Source of the DNA: Steroidobacteraceae bacterium | GTDB lineage: Bacteria; Pseudomonadota; Gammaproteobacteria; Steroidobacterales; Steroidobacteraceae | Direction: 5' to 3' | Length of the DNA stretch: 64,000 bases | NCBI GenBank assembly: GCA_049515055.1 | Contig: JBEKUL010000013.1 | Coordinates: forward strand, 5,896-69,895 | Part shown: piece after piece, positions 41,627 to 51,952 of the stretch | Layout of the letters: every line of letters begins with the position of its first letter | Position numbering within the stretch: position 1 is the first letter of the stretch | Position numbers and translations under genes: made by a program | The notes under the pieces: model-generated | What the model was told of the DNA's origin: nothing | What the model saw: only the letters and a program-made list of their open reading frames with translations | Database searches by the model: none

Positions 41627-43086
41627 GCGCTGCTGTTGCCCGTCACGCGCAGGATGCGCATCGAGTTGGTGCCCCCGGAGACGCCCGAGAGCTCGCCCTG
41701 CGTCAGGATCACAAGATCGTTGATATCGACCAGTCCCAGGGTCAGCAGGCGCTCGAAGATCGCGCCGTGGATCGCGCTCGGATCGGTATGCGTAATGTCG
41801 AACGGCACCGCATAGACGCCGCGATACAAGGTGACACGGCTGCGCGTCGCCTCGTGACGCGTGAAGGCATAGATCGGCATATCCGAGCGAATGCGCGACA
41901 TCCACAATGGCGTCATGCCCGATTCGGTCAGAGCCACGATCGCGCGCACACGCATGTGATTGGCCGTGTACATCACGGCCATCGAGATCGCCTCCTCGGA
42001 ATTGCCAAACTCCTCTTCGGCCCGAACCAGGCCGCGCAGAGAGCCGAGTTGGTACTTCTCGGCCCCGCGGATCACGTCGGCCATGGCTTGCACAGCCTTG
42101 ACCGGGTACTTGCCGGCGGCCGTTTCAGCCGAGAGCATCACCGCATCGGTGCCGTCGAGCACGGCGTTGGCAACATCGCTGACTTCCGCACGCGTAGGAA
42201 TCGGACTCTGAATCATCGACTCCATCATCTGCGTCGCGGTGATCACGACGCGGTTGCGCGACAAGGACTGGCGGATAATGGTCTTTTGCAGGCCGGTCAA
42301 CTCGGCGTAGCCCATCTCGACGCCAAGGTCACCGCGCGCGACCATGACCACGTCGGTCACGGCGAGTATTCCCGAGAGATTATCGATTGCCTCGTGCCGC
42401 TCGATCTTGGCCACGACGCGCGCCTCGCCGCGCCAACGACGCAACTCGGACTGCGCGCGGCGCATGTCGTCCGCATCGCGCGCAAAGGAGACGGCCAGAT
42501 AATCGATGCCGAGCTCCGCGGCCAGACGGATGTCCTCCAGATCCTTCTCGGTAAGCGCCGGAGCCGAGATACCGCCGCCCTGGCGATTCAGGCCCTTGCG
42601 GTTGGACAGTTCCCCGCCCGAGCGCACCACGGTGTAGATGCGCGTGCCCGCGACCTTCTCGACCTGTAATGCGATCTGACCGTCGGCCAGCAGCAGCGTA
42701 TCGCCCGCGTGCACGTCCTGGGGCAGTTCCTTGTACGCGCAACCTACCTCCGTCTTGTTACCTGCCTGGGGATCCAGGTCCGTGTCGAGCGCAAAGGGTT
42801 CGCCTTCGACGAGCAGTACGGGACCGTCGCGAAAGCTCTCAATGCGAATCTTCGGGCCGGCGAGATCGGCCAGCAGTCCCACGAAACGGCCCGCCTGGCG
42901 CGCGGCCTGGCGCACCAGCTCGACGCGTTTGCGCTGCGCTTCGCGCGTGCCGTGTGAGAAATTGATACGGGCCACGTCGAGACCGGCCGCGACCATGCCG
43001 GCGAGGACCTCGGGCGTATCGGTCGCCGGTCCGAGCGTCGCCACAATCTTTGTTCTGCGCAACGTATCCATTACTGATTCACGCAT
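41623..43086 (-). CDS. pyk: pyruvate kinase
   Basis: 487 aa with RRTKIVATLGPAT, NFSHG, MVARGDLGVE and ATQMMESM motifs. Confidence 0.95.
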   Translation of the reverse strand: MRESVMDTLRRTKIVATLGPATDTPEVLAGMVAAGLDVARINFSHGTREAQRKRVELVRQAARQAGRFVGLLADLAGPKIRIESFRDGPVLLVEGEPFALDTDLDPQAGNKTEVGCAYKELPQDVHAGDTLLLADGQIALQVEKVAGTRIYTVVRSGGELSNRKGLNRQGGGISAPALTEKDLEDIRLAAELGIDYLAVSFARDADDMRRAQSELRRWRGEARVVAKIERHEAIDNLSGILAVTDVVMVARGDLGVEMGYAELTGLQKTIIRQSLSRNRVVITATQMMESMIQSPIPTRAEVSDVANAVLDGTDAVMLSAETAAGKYPVKAVQAMADVIRGAEKYQLGSLRGLVRAEEEFGNSEEAISMAVMYTANHMRVRAIVALTESGMTPLWMSRIRSDMPIYAFTRHEATRSRVTLYRGVYAVPFDITHTDPSAIHGAIFERLLTLGLVDINDLVILTQGELSGVSGGTNSMRILRVTGNSSA

Positions 43087-43095
43087 CAGGCTGAT

Positions 43096-44283
43096 TTACG
43101 CCGCGGCGCTCGCCGCGCGCTGCTCCAGAACGGCCACCGCCGGCAGAGTCTTGCCCTCGACGAACTCGAGAAATGCGCCACCACCGGTGGAGATATATGA
43201 AATCCCATCCTCGACTCCGTATTTCTCAATCGCCGCCAGCGTATCCCCGCCCCCGGCGATCGAGAAAGCCTTGCTGCTGGCAATCGCATTGGCGATCGCC
43301 CTGGTGCCTTCACCGAACTGATCGAACTCAAATACGCCCACGGGGCCATTCCAGATGATGGTGCCAGCCCCTTGCAGGATCGCTGTGAGCTGCTCGGCCG
43401 TATCAGGGCCGATGTCGAGAATCAACTCATCATCGGCCACCTCGCCTACGGGGCGCACATCGGCATGCGCCGTGGCGGCAAATTCCCGCGCGACCACGAC
43501 ATCCACCGGCAGCGGAATCTCCGCGCCGCGCGCGCGGGCCCGAGCGAGCAGCTTGCGCGCCATCTCGAGCATGTCCTTTTCACACAGCGACTTGCCGACC
43601 TGGACACCCGTGGCGGCGAGGAAGGTGTTGGCGATGCCGCCGCCGACTATGAGTTTATCGACGCGCTCGAGCAGCGATTCGAGCAGCATGAGCTTGGTCG
43701 AGACCTTGGAGCCCGCAACGATCGCCACGAGCGGACGGGCCGGTTTGGCCAGGGCGCGCTCCAGCGCCTCCAGCTCGGCCACGAGCAATGGACCGGCGCA
43801 GGCAACGGCGGCGAACTTCGCCACCCCGTGCGTGCTCGCCTCGGCCCGGTGCGCGGTCCCGAAGGCGTCCATGACAAACACCTCACACAGCGCCGCGAGC
43901 TGGCGAGCCAGCGTGTCGCTGTCTTTCTTCTCGCCTTTATTGAAGCGCACGTTCTCGCACAGTACCAGCGAACCCGGCGCGCACTCGACGCCCTCGAGCC
44001 AATCGCGGCGCAGCGGTACCGGTTTACCGAGCAACTCGGACAATTTGCCAGCCACCGGCCCGAGAGAGAACTGCGGATCGTACTTGCCCTCCTCCGGGCG
44101 ACCCAGGTGCGAGAGCACGATGACTCGCGCGCGCTGCTCGAGGGCTGAGCGCAGCGTCGGCAGCGCGGCGCGCACGCGCGCATCGCTGCTGATGATCCCA
44201 GCCGTGATCGGCACGTTCAGATCCTCGCGAATCAGAACGCGCTTGCCCGCGAGATCCAGGTCGGCCATGCGCAGCAGTTTCAC
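43096..44283 (-). CDS. pgk: phosphoglycerate kinase
   Basis: 395 aa with [17 protein letters not shown] and [11 protein letters not shown] motifs. Confidence 0.97.
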   Translation of the reverse strand: MKLLRMADLDLAGKRVLIREDLNVPITAGIISSDARVRAALPTLRSALEQRARVIVLSHLGRPEEGKYDPQFSLGPVAGKLSELLGKPVPLRRDWLEGVECAPGSLVLCENVRFNKGEKKDSDTLARQLAALCEVFVMDAFGTAHRAEASTHGVAKFAAVACAGPLLVAELEALERALAKPARPLVAIVAGSKVSTKLMLLESLLERVDKLIVGGGIANTFLAATGVQVGKSLCEKDMLEMARKLLARARARGAEIPLPVDVVVAREFAATAHADVRPVGEVADDELILDIGPDTAEQLTAILQGAGTIIWNGPVGVFEFDQFGEGTRAIANAIASSKAFSIAGGGDTLAAIEKYGVEDGISYISTGGGAFLEFVEGKTLPAVAVLEQRAASAAA

Positions 44284-44299
44284 GGCGCCTGCTTGCTCT

Positions 44300-45316
44300 T
44301 TAGGCGGCCCGCGACCAGGCCAGCGCCGTGTCGAGCATGCGGTTCGAGAAGCCCCACTCGTTGTCGTACCAGGCGCATACCTTGACCAAGGTGCCTTCGA
44401 TGACCTTGGTCAGGGTCGCGTCGAATACCGATGAATGCGGATCATGGTTGAAATCCACCGACACCAGGGGCGCATCGTTGTACGCGAGAATGCCCTGCAG
44501 GGGCGCGCGGCCGGCAGCGGATTTCATCAGCCCATTGATTTCATCGACGCTGGTGGCACGCGCGGCACTGAAACTCAGGTCGACCATCGAGACGTTGATC
44601 GTCGGCACGCGAATCGCAAAGCCGTCGAGCTTGCCTCGCAGCTCCGGCAGCACCAGGCCGACGGCGGCGGCCGCGCCGGTCTTGGTCGGGATCATCGACT
44701 GCGTGGCCGAGCGGGCTCGTCGCAGATCCGAGTGATAGACGTCCGTGAGTACCTGATCGTTGGTATAGGAGTGAATCGTGGTCATGATGCCGGCGTTGAT
44801 GCCGAGCGCGTCATGCAACACCTTCGCCAGCGGCGCCAGACAGTTGGTTGTGCACGAGGCGTTGGAAATCACGGTCTGGCTGGATCTGAGCACATCCTGG
44901 TTGACACCATAGACGATCGTGGCATCGACGTCATCGCCGCCCGGGGCGGAAATCAACACCTTCTTCGCCCCGCCTTCCAGATGCTTGCTGGCCTTGGCCT
45001 TGCTGGTGAACAGGCCCGTGCACTCGAACACCATGTCCACCCCGAGGCCGGCCCAGGGCAACCTGGCCGGGTCGCGCTCGGAGAGCACCTTGATGCGATC
45101 CCCGCTCACGATCAGCGCATCGTCGGCGATTTTGACCTCACCGCGAAAACGTCCGTGCACAGAATCATAGCGTGTCAGATGTGCATTGATTTTTGCATCG
45201 CCCAGATCATTGATCGCGACGATCTGCAACTGCGCGCGCCGATCGCCCTCGTAGAGCGCGCGCAGCACGTTGCGCCCGATGCGGCCATAGCCGTTGATTC
45301 CCACCTTGAGCGTCAT
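44300..45316 (-). CDS. gap: glyceraldehyde-3-phosphate dehydrogenase, type I
   Basis: ORF 44300..45781 trimmed to ATG 45316 (ATGA overlap with the tkt stop). It begins [17 protein letters not shown] and has the active site [10 protein letters not shown]. Confidence 0.96.
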   Translation of the reverse strand: MTLKVGINGYGRIGRNVLRALYEGDRRAQLQIVAINDLGDAKINAHLTRYDSVHGRFRGEVKIADDALIVSGDRIKVLSERDPARLPWAGLGVDMVFECTGLFTSKAKASKHLEGGAKKVLISAPGGDDVDATIVYGVNQDVLRSSQTVISNASCTTNCLAPLAKVLHDALGINAGIMTTIHSYTNDQVLTDVYHSDLRRARSATQSMIPTKTGAAAAVGLVLPELRGKLDGFAIRVPTINVSMVDLSFSAARATSVDEINGLMKSAAGRAPLQGILAYNDAPLVSVDFNHDPHSSVFDATLTKVIEGTLVKVCAWYDNEWGFSNRMLDTALAWSRAA

Positions 45317-47319
45317 TGTTTGTCTCCCGTAATCGACTCGAGAATCTCCCGCAGTACGTGTGCTGCGGTGAAGCCGAATTTCTGCAACACCGCGGGCCCT
45401 TTGCCCGAGGCACCGAAATGATCGATGCCCACCACGCGCCCGGCGAGCCCGACGTAGCGATACCACAGGCCGGTCGTGCCCGCCTCGACCGCGACGCGCG
45501 CGCGCAGCGTGGGCGGCAGTACGGCGTCGCGGTACGCCGCATCCTGCGCATCGAAGCGCTCGGTACAGGGCAGCGAGACCAGGCGCACGCGCTTGCCCTG
45601 CGCAGCGGCCGTATTGACAGCCTCGAGCGCGAGGCTGACTTCCGAGCCGGTCGCCAGCACGACGCATTCGGGCGCGCCGTCGCAATCGGCCAGTATGTAT
45701 CCGCCGCGGCGTATGGCGTCGACGGCGGCGCTCGTGCGCGCCAGTTGCGGCAGCCCCTGGCGTGTGAAAACCAGTGCGCACGGGCCGCTGTCATGCTCGA
45801 TCGCCTCGCACCAGGCCACCGCGCTCTCGACGGCGTCGGCCGGACGCCAGAGCGTCAGATTCGGAATCAGCCGCAGGCTGTTGAGGTGCTCGATCGGCTG
45901 GTGCGTCGGACCGTCTTCACCGAGCCCGATGGAATCGTGGGTATAGACCAGCAGCACGCGCTGCGCCATCAAGGCAGCCATGCGCACGGCATTGCGCGCG
46001 TAGTCGGAGAATGTCAGGAACGTGCCGCCGTAGGGAATGAATCCGCCGTGCAGCGCCAGTCCGTTCATCACGGCGGTCATGCCAAATTCTCGTACGCCGT
46101 AATGAAGATAGTTACCGGAAGCGTCATCGACCTCGATCGCGCGCGAGATCTTCTGCATCGTGTTGTTCGAGCCGGACAGGTCGGCCGAGCCGCCGAAGAA
46201 CTCGGGCAGCCCCGTGCCGATCGCATTCAGAGCGACCTGCGAGGATACGCGGGTGGCCTGCGGGTCCTTGATAGCCCGTGCAGCGTTCAGTGCTGCCTCG
46301 CGCGTCTGCGCCCAGTTGCTCGGCAGCTTACCGGCGATGCGCCGCTCGAACTGCGCCGCGAGATCCGGATAGGCGCTGCGATAGCGGCTGAAGAGCTGCT
46401 GCCAGGCCGCCTCGGCCGCACGCCCGGCCTCGAGATGATTCCAGCCCGCCAGCAGTTCGCTCGGCACGACAAACGGCGGCGCCGTCCAGCCGAAGCGCTG
46501 CTTGGTCGCCGCGACTTCCGCGGCTCCGAGCGGCTCGCCGTGCGCCTCCTTCGTGCCCGCCTTGGTCGGCGCACCCCAGCCGATCACGGTCCTGCATTGG
46601 ATGAAGGACGGCCGCTCGCTCTCCTGCTTGGCACTGGCCATGGCCGCCACGAGCGCATCCGCGTCATGACCATCCACGCTCTGCACCTGCCAGCCGTAGG
46701 CCTCGAAGCGCTTGAGTGTGTCGTCGGCAAACCAACCTGAGACCTTGCCGTCGATCGAGATGCCATTGTCATCGTAGAGCACGATCAGCTTGCCGAGCCG
46801 CAATGTGCCGGCCAGCGAGCAGGCCTCGTGCGAGATGCCTTCCATCAGACAGCCGTCGCCGACGAATGCCCAGGTGCGGTGATCGACGATGGCCAGCTCG
46901 GGCCGGTTGAACTGCGCTGCGAGCATCTTCTCGGCCAGCGCCATGCCCACGGCGTTGGCAAGCCCCTGGCCCAGCGGGCCAGTCGTGGCTTCGATGCCGA
47001 CATCCAGATCGTGCTCGGGATGGCCCGGCGTACGGCTGCCGAGCTGACGGAATTGCTTGATGTCCTCCATGCTCAGCGCATAGCCGGTCAGATACAGCAC
47101 TGCGTACAGCAGCATACAGGCGTGCCCGTTCGACAAAACGAAACGGTCGCGGTCCGGCCAGCGAGGATTGGCCGGGTTGTACTTCAGAAAGTCGTGCCAC
47201 AACACCTGGGCGATGTCGGCCATGCCCATGGGCGCGCCGGGGTGACCGGAGTTAGCCTGCTGAACCGCGTCCATCGCGAGGACACGGATGACATTGGCGA
47301 GCTCGCGTCGCGTCGGCAT
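45313..47319 (-). CDS. tkt: transketolase
   Basis: ORF 45313..47505 trimmed to ATG 47319 ([34 protein letters not shown]). The TPP motif is [12 protein letters not shown]. The product is 668 aa. Confidence 0.96.
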   Translation of the reverse strand: MPTRRELANVIRVLAMDAVQQANSGHPGAPMGMADIAQVLWHDFLKYNPANPRWPDRDRFVLSNGHACMLLYAVLYLTGYALSMEDIKQFRQLGSRTPGHPEHDLDVGIEATTGPLGQGLANAVGMALAEKMLAAQFNRPELAIVDHRTWAFVGDGCLMEGISHEACSLAGTLRLGKLIVLYDDNGISIDGKVSGWFADDTLKRFEAYGWQVQSVDGHDADALVAAMASAKQESERPSFIQCRTVIGWGAPTKAGTKEAHGEPLGAAEVAATKQRFGWTAPPFVVPSELLAGWNHLEAGRAAEAAWQQLFSRYRSAYPDLAAQFERRIAGKLPSNWAQTREAALNAARAIKDPQATRVSSQVALNAIGTGLPEFFGGSADLSGSNNTMQKISRAIEVDDASGNYLHYGVREFGMTAVMNGLALHGGFIPYGGTFLTFSDYARNAVRMAALMAQRVLLVYTHDSIGLGEDGPTHQPIEHLNSLRLIPNLTLWRPADAVESAVAWCEAIEHDSGPCALVFTRQGLPQLARTSAAVDAIRRGGYILADCDGAPECVVLATGSEVSLALEAVNTAAAQGKRVRLVSLPCTERFDAQDAAYRDAVLPPTLRARVAVEAGTTGLWYRYVGLAGRVVGIDHFGASGKGPAVLQKFGFTAAHVLREILESITGDKQ

Positions 47320-47600
47320 GTAGTGGAGGCTCCTGGGCCGCGAGGAATTGCGGCCGCGCATTGTCCACCAGCCGCCTGCGCTCGGCAATGCGCTCGCGCC
47401 GCATCGAGCTGTAAAATAGCGGCGTAACCGGGCTTGCGGCACGCTCTGTGAGCGTGCATGCGTGCGCAATTTTCGGGCGCTCCGTCGCAGATTGGAAACA
47501 ATCACGGCGCGCCGGACGCGCCGGGCGGGCGGGCCCTACGGGCCTTCGGCTATACTGCATGCACAGCTACCCGGAGCAGCGCAGCACACTGCACCCCCAG

Positions 47601-48782
47601 ATGAAAAACGATTACCTGTTCACCTCAGAGTCGGTCTCGGAAGGCCATCCCGATAAGATGGCCGATCAGATTTCCGACGCCGTGCTCGACGCCATCCTGC
47701 GCGAGGATCCCGCGGGCCGCGTGGCCTGCGAGACGCTGGTCAAGACCGGCGTCGTGGTCGTGGCCGGGGAAGTCACGACCAGCGCCTGGATCGATCTGGA
47801 AAAATTGGTGCGCGAGACGGTGCTCGATATCGGCTACAACCATTCTGACATGGGTTTCGATGGCGCCAGCTGCGGCGTGATCAACATCATTGGCAAGCAA
47901 TCCCCCGACATCGCCATGGGCGTGGACCGCAACGACAAGCGCAAACAGGGCGCCGGCGATCAGGGTCTGATGTTCGGCTACGCCACGGACGAGACCGATG
48001 TACTGATGCCAGCACCCATTACGCTGGCGCACCGACTGGTCAAAAGACAGTCGGAGGTGCGGCGGCGCGGGAAACTGCCGTGGCTGCGACCGGACGCCAA
48101 GAGCCAGATCACACTGCGCTACGAGCAGGACAAGCCCGTCGGCATCGAGGCGGTCGTGCTGTCCACACAGCACAGCGATGACATCTCGACTTCAAAACTG
48201 CGTGAAGCGGTCATGGAGGAGATCATCAAGCCCGTGCTGCCGAAGAAATGGCTGGATCGACGCACGCGCTATCACATCAATCCGACCGGACGCTTCGTGG
48301 TCGGCGGCCCGGTCGGGGACTGCGGTCTGACCGGTCGCAAGATCATCGTGGATACCTACGGGGGCTTCGCCCGTCACGGCGGCGGCGCCTTCTCGGGCAA
48401 GGACCCCTCGAAGGTGGATCGTTCGGCCGCGTATGCGGCACGCTATGTGGCCAAGAACATCGTTGCTGCGGGACTCGCGACACGCTGCGAAGTGCAGGTG
48501 TCCTATGCGATCGGCGTTGCCGAGCCGACCTCGATCATGGTCGATGCTTTCGGCACCAGCGAGCTCTCGCGCGAGGAGCTCACGGGACTGGTGCGCCGGC
48601 ATTTTGATCTCACGCCCTACGGCCTGCGTGAAATGCTGGATCTCGCACGCCCGATCTATCAGAAGACGGCAGCCTACGGCCACTTCGGGCGCAAGGAGCC
48701 TGAATTCTCCTGGGAACGCACCGATCGGGCCGAGGCATTGGCCGCCGATGCGCGCGGTCGTGGCCGCATCCGCGCGGCCTGA
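47601..48782 (+). CDS. metK: S-adenosylmethionine synthetase
   Basis: ORF 47448..48782 trimmed to ATG 47601 ([26 protein letters not shown]). [12 protein letters not shown] and GGGAFSGKD motifs are present. Confidence 0.97.
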   Translation: MKNDYLFTSESVSEGHPDKMADQISDAVLDAILREDPAGRVACETLVKTGVVVVAGEVTTSAWIDLEKLVRETVLDIGYNHSDMGFDGASCGVINIIGKQSPDIAMGVDRNDKRKQGAGDQGLMFGYATDETDVLMPAPITLAHRLVKRQSEVRRRGKLPWLRPDAKSQITLRYEQDKPVGIEAVVLSTQHSDDISTSKLREAVMEEIIKPVLPKKWLDRRTRYHINPTGRFVVGGPVGDCGLTGRKIIVDTYGGFARHGGGAFSGKDPSKVDRSAAYAARYVAKNIVAAGLATRCEVQVSYAIGVAEPTSIMVDAFGTSELSREELTGLVRRHFDLTPYGLREMLDLARPIYQKTAAYGHFGRKEPEFSWERTDRAEALAADARGRGRIRAA

Positions 48783-48824
48783 TAAGATACGCACTGAATT
48801 GACGCTGCCGCCTTAAGGCGACAG

Positions 48825-48920
48825 CCGGTGACTGAGGAGCGCTGCGACAGGTGGGTAGCTGCACGCTGACCCAAAGGCCTGCCAGGCTCAGTGCACCGGA
48901 ATTAAGTCAACGGCGCTCGC
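48825..48920 (+). promoter_or_regulatory. SAH (S-adenosylhomocysteine) riboswitch in the ahcY leader
   Basis: The conserved SAH-element blocks are GAGGAGCGCUGCGAC (48834-48848), GCCAGGCUCAG (48881-48891) and CAACGGCGCUC (48908-48918). Pairings are CUGAG/CUCAG, CAGG/CCUG, the pseudoknot GAGCGC/GCGCUC and an outer helix CCGGUG/CACCGG. It lies about 30 nt upstream of the ahcY SD. Confidence 0.8.
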
Positions 48921-48951
48921 AAACCTTGAACGTAAGGATATTGGAGCCACC

Positions 48952-50379
48952 ATGACTGCCAAAGCCCGACCTGTTCCCCTGTCCAGCGAGCCGGATTTCC
49001 ACGTCGCTGATCTGCAGCTGGCCGATTGGGGTCGCAAAGAGATCGCCATCGCCGAGACCGAGATGCCGGGTCTGATGGCGATCCGCGAAGAGTTCACCCC
49101 GGTGCAGCCGTTGCGAGGTGCACGCATCGCCGGCTCGCTGCACATGACCATCCAGACCGCCGTATTGATCGAGACGCTGCAGGCGCTCGGCGCCGAGGTG
49201 CGCTGGGCTTCATGCAACATATTTTCGACCCAGGACCATGCGGCGGCCGCAATCGCCGCGCGCGGCACCAGTGTATTTGCGTACAAGGGTGAAACGCTGA
49301 GCGAGTATTGGGACTACACGCACCGTGTGTTCGATTGGCCGCAGGGCACGCAGGCCAATCTGATCCTGGATGATGGCGGGGATGCGACGCTGTTGCTGCA
49401 TCTGGGCAGGCGCGCCGAGCAGGATGCGGGGTTGCTCGCGCACCCAGGCAGCGAAGAGGAGACCGCATTGTTCGACAGCATCCGCAGCACGCTCAAGCGC
49501 GAGCCGAAATGGTATTCGACCCGGCTGGCCGCCATCCGCGGCGTCTCGGAGGAGACCACGACTGGCGTCAAGCGCCTCTACCAGATGGCGCGCGATGGGC
49601 AGCTCGCTTTTCCAGCCATCAACGTCAACGACTCGGTAACAAAATCGAAGTTCGACAATCTGTACGGCTGCCGCGAATCGCTGGTTGACGGCATCAAGCG
49701 CGCGACCGACGTCATGATTGCCGGCAAGGTCGCGCTGGTGTGCGGCTATGGCGATGTCGGCAAGGGCTGTGCGCAGGCGCTGCGCGCGCTCTCGGCCCAG
49801 GTCTGGGTCACCGAAATCGATCCGATCTGCGCTCTACAGGCGGCGATGGAAGGCTTTCGCGTCGTCACGCTCGATGAGGTCTGCGATCAGGTCGATATCG
49901 TGGTCAGTGCCACCGGCAACCTGCACGTGATCACCCACGAGCACATGCTGCGCATGAAACATCAGGCCATCGTGTGCAACATTGGCCATTTCGACAATGA
50001 GATTGATGTGGCCTCGCTGCGTCAGTATCGGTGGGAGAATATCAAGCCGCAGGTTGATCACGTGATATTTCCGGACGGCAAGCGCATCATTTTGTTGGCG
50101 CAAGGCCGTCTGGTGAATCTGGGCTGTGGCACCGGGCATCCGAGCTATGTCATGTCCTCCTCCTTCGCCAATCAGGTCATGGCGCAGATCGAGCTCTGGA
50201 CGAAGCACGCGCATTACGCCATCGGCGTGCACGTATTGCCGAAATTGCTCGACGAGAAGGTCGCGCGTCTGCAGCTGGCCAAACTCAATGCCAGACTCAC
50301 GCTCTTGACCGAGCAGCAGGCACGCTACATCGACGTGGATCGCGCCGGTCCGTATAAGTCCGATCACTATCGTTACTGA
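48952..50379 (+). CDS. ahcY: adenosylhomocysteinase
   Basis: 475 aa with [16 protein letters not shown], the NAD site GYGDVGKG, and IGHFDNEID. Confidence 0.97.
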   Translation: MTAKARPVPLSSEPDFHVADLQLADWGRKEIAIAETEMPGLMAIREEFTPVQPLRGARIAGSLHMTIQTAVLIETLQALGAEVRWASCNIFSTQDHAAAAIAARGTSVFAYKGETLSEYWDYTHRVFDWPQGTQANLILDDGGDATLLLHLGRRAEQDAGLLAHPGSEEETALFDSIRSTLKREPKWYSTRLAAIRGVSEETTTGVKRLYQMARDGQLAFPAINVNDSVTKSKFDNLYGCRESLVDGIKRATDVMIAGKVALVCGYGDVGKGCAQALRALSAQVWVTEIDPICALQAAMEGFRVVTLDEVCDQVDIVVSATGNLHVITHEHMLRMKHQAIVCNIGHFDNEIDVASLRQYRWENIKPQVDHVIFPDGKRIILLAQGRLVNLGCGTGHPSYVMSSSFANQVMAQIELWTKHAHYAIGVHVLPKLLDEKVARLQLAKLNARLTLLTEQQARYIDVDRAGPYKSDHYRY

Positions 50380-50418
50380 GCTGTCGGCGCTCGCCGACAG
50401 GTGCGCACGCTCTGGCGG

Positions 50419-50455
50419 GGCGCGCGCGGTGCACGCGCGCGTTTAACATTTTTTC
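50419..50455 (+). terminator. rho-independent terminator after ahcY
   Basis: The stem is CGCGCGCG (50421-28) paired with CGCGCGCG (50434-41), with loop GTGCA. It is followed by TTTAACATTTTTT (50442-54). Confidence 0.65.
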
Positions 50456-50557
50456 CGGCGCCGCTGAGCGAATTGAGCGCTGCGTCACCGGCGCCTGAGA
50501 GGCGAGCTCGCCGGCGTTTGATGTGCGTCACTCGGCCTGTTTTTGCACGCGTGTAGC

Positions 50558-51358
50558 ATGGCTGACATGAACTCTGAGGTCCGGTTACTGCAACTGTCCG
50601 ATCCACATCTTTTCGCCAGGCCCGACGCGCGCCTGCGCGGCGTGAACAGCTTCGACTCGCTGCAAGCTGTGCTCAAGCACGCCCTCTCCCGCAAGCCCAA
50701 CGCCGATGCCGTGCTGTGCACCGGCGACATCGTCAACGACGAGCCGGGCGGCTACGCGCTGTTCGCGCAAGCACTCGGCGCGCTCGGCAAGCCTGTCTTT
50801 TGCGTACCCGGCAACCATGATGATCCGCAGCGCATGCGCAGCGCGCTGGCTGCGGCGCCGTTTCAGGTCGGCGGCTATGCGGATCTGGGCAACTGGCGCC
50901 TCGTGCTGGTCGACAGCTGCACGCCTGGACAATCCGGCGGCCATATCAGCGCACAGGAGCTGCAGGCGCTGGATAGCGCGTTGAGTGCGCGCGAGCGCTA
51001 CGCGATGATTTGCGTGCATCATCATCCGGTCGGCATGGCCAGCCGCTGGCTCGATCAGATCGGCATTGACAATGCCGCCGCCTTCTTCGAGGTCCTCGAC
51101 GCTCATCCGCAGGTACGGGCGATCTGCTGGGGACACGTGCATCAATGCTTCGATGCCCGGCGGCGCGGCGTGCGGCTGCTAGCAACCCCCTCGACGTGCG
51201 CACAATTCCTGCCACTGTCGGGCGAGTTCGCGATTGACTCGCGGCCTGCGGCCTACCGCCGCACGACGCTGCGCGCCGATGGCACGCTCGATACCGAGGT
51301 GATCTGGCTCGAGCAATCCGCCGGCGTGCTCGATAACGCCGCGGGCCGTTCAGCCTGA
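50558..51358 (+). CDS. cpdA: class III 3',5'-cyclic-nucleotide phosphodiesterase CpdA-like metallophosphoesterase
   Basis: Motifs appear in order: LSDPHL, TGDIVND, PGNHD, VHHHP and WGHVHQ. The start is ATG 50558 (the ORF track uses TTG 50543). Confidence 0.8.
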   Translation: MADMNSEVRLLQLSDPHLFARPDARLRGVNSFDSLQAVLKHALSRKPNADAVLCTGDIVNDEPGGYALFAQALGALGKPVFCVPGNHDDPQRMRSALAAAPFQVGGYADLGNWRLVLVDSCTPGQSGGHISAQELQALDSALSARERYAMICVHHHPVGMASRWLDQIGIDNAAAFFEVLDAHPQVRAICWGHVHQCFDARRRGVRLLATPSTCAQFLPLSGEFAIDSRPAAYRRTTLRADGTLDTEVIWLEQSAGVLDNAAGRSA

Positions 51359-51952
51359 GCCGCCGCTCAGGCTCGCATCGAGCAGCGGCGCCAGCAGGCC
51401 CAGGCGCGTTTCCGGATCGTCGATCTCGAGCAGGCGCTGCAAGGCGTTTTGATCCAGCGGCAGCAATTCGGCCAGACGGTTGCTGACCCACGAGGCGTCC
51501 TCATAGTTCGGCTCGAGGAAGCGAGCCGGCGAGTCCAGCCGCGCGATCGCGTCGCGCAGTACGCACACGAGCGGGTGAAATTGAGCCGGCACGGGCACGA
51601 GCCTCGTCTCATCGAGCCATTCGACCAGGGCGCAATTCAGTCCGTCGTCGTTGCGAGTGCGTTGGCCGATGCGAAAGCGCCGCTCGCCGCGGCACAACAG
51701 TCCGAGCAAGCCATCTTGCAATTGTTGAAAGTCGACGATGCGCGCCGAGGTACCCACCTGCGCCGTGCTGACTTCGCGGCTGGTGTCGCTGCCGCCGTCG
51801 AGCAGCACCACGCCGAAGATCGAATCGGCGCGCAGGCAGCGTCCCACCATGTCCAGATAGCGCGGCTCGAACACGCGCAACGGCAGCAGACCACCGGGAT
51901 ACAGCACCGTGTTGAGCGGAAACAGTGCAATCTGAGCGCTGCTCGGGCTCAC
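51350..51952 (-). CDS. LON N-terminal (substrate-binding) domain protein
   Basis: ORF 51350..52186 trimmed to GTG 51952, which overlaps the mpl TGA (GTGA). The product begins (M)SPSSAQIALFPLNTVLYPGGLLPLRVFEPRYLDMV, typical of the Lon N-terminal domain family. It is 200 aa. Confidence 0.8.
   Translation of the reverse strand: MSPSSAQIALFPLNTVLYPGGLLPLRVFEPRYLDMVGRCLRADSIFGVVLLDGGSDTSREVSTAQVGTSARIVDFQQLQDGLLGLLCRGERRFRIGQRTRNDDGLNCALVEWLDETRLVPVPAQFHPLVCVLRDAIARLDSPARFLEPNYEDASWVSNRLAELLPLDQNALQRLLEIDDPETRLGLLAPLLDASLSGGSG

Noticed and set aside
41627-41905. The upstream part of ORF 41354..41905, as a possible longer YciH.
   Set aside because: It overlaps the pyk 3' coding region in another frame and shows no similarity to the YciH N-terminus. 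The GTG at the pyk stop gives a coherent start. A longer form cannot be excluded without data.
50381-50400. A 9-bp-arm palindrome, CTGTCGGCG-ct-CGCCGACAG, directly after the ahcY stop.
   Set aside because: It has no following T-tract and only a 2-nt spacer. The convincing terminator is the next hairpin, at 50419-50455. It could be a protein-binding or RNA-stabilising element, but there is no evidence for either.
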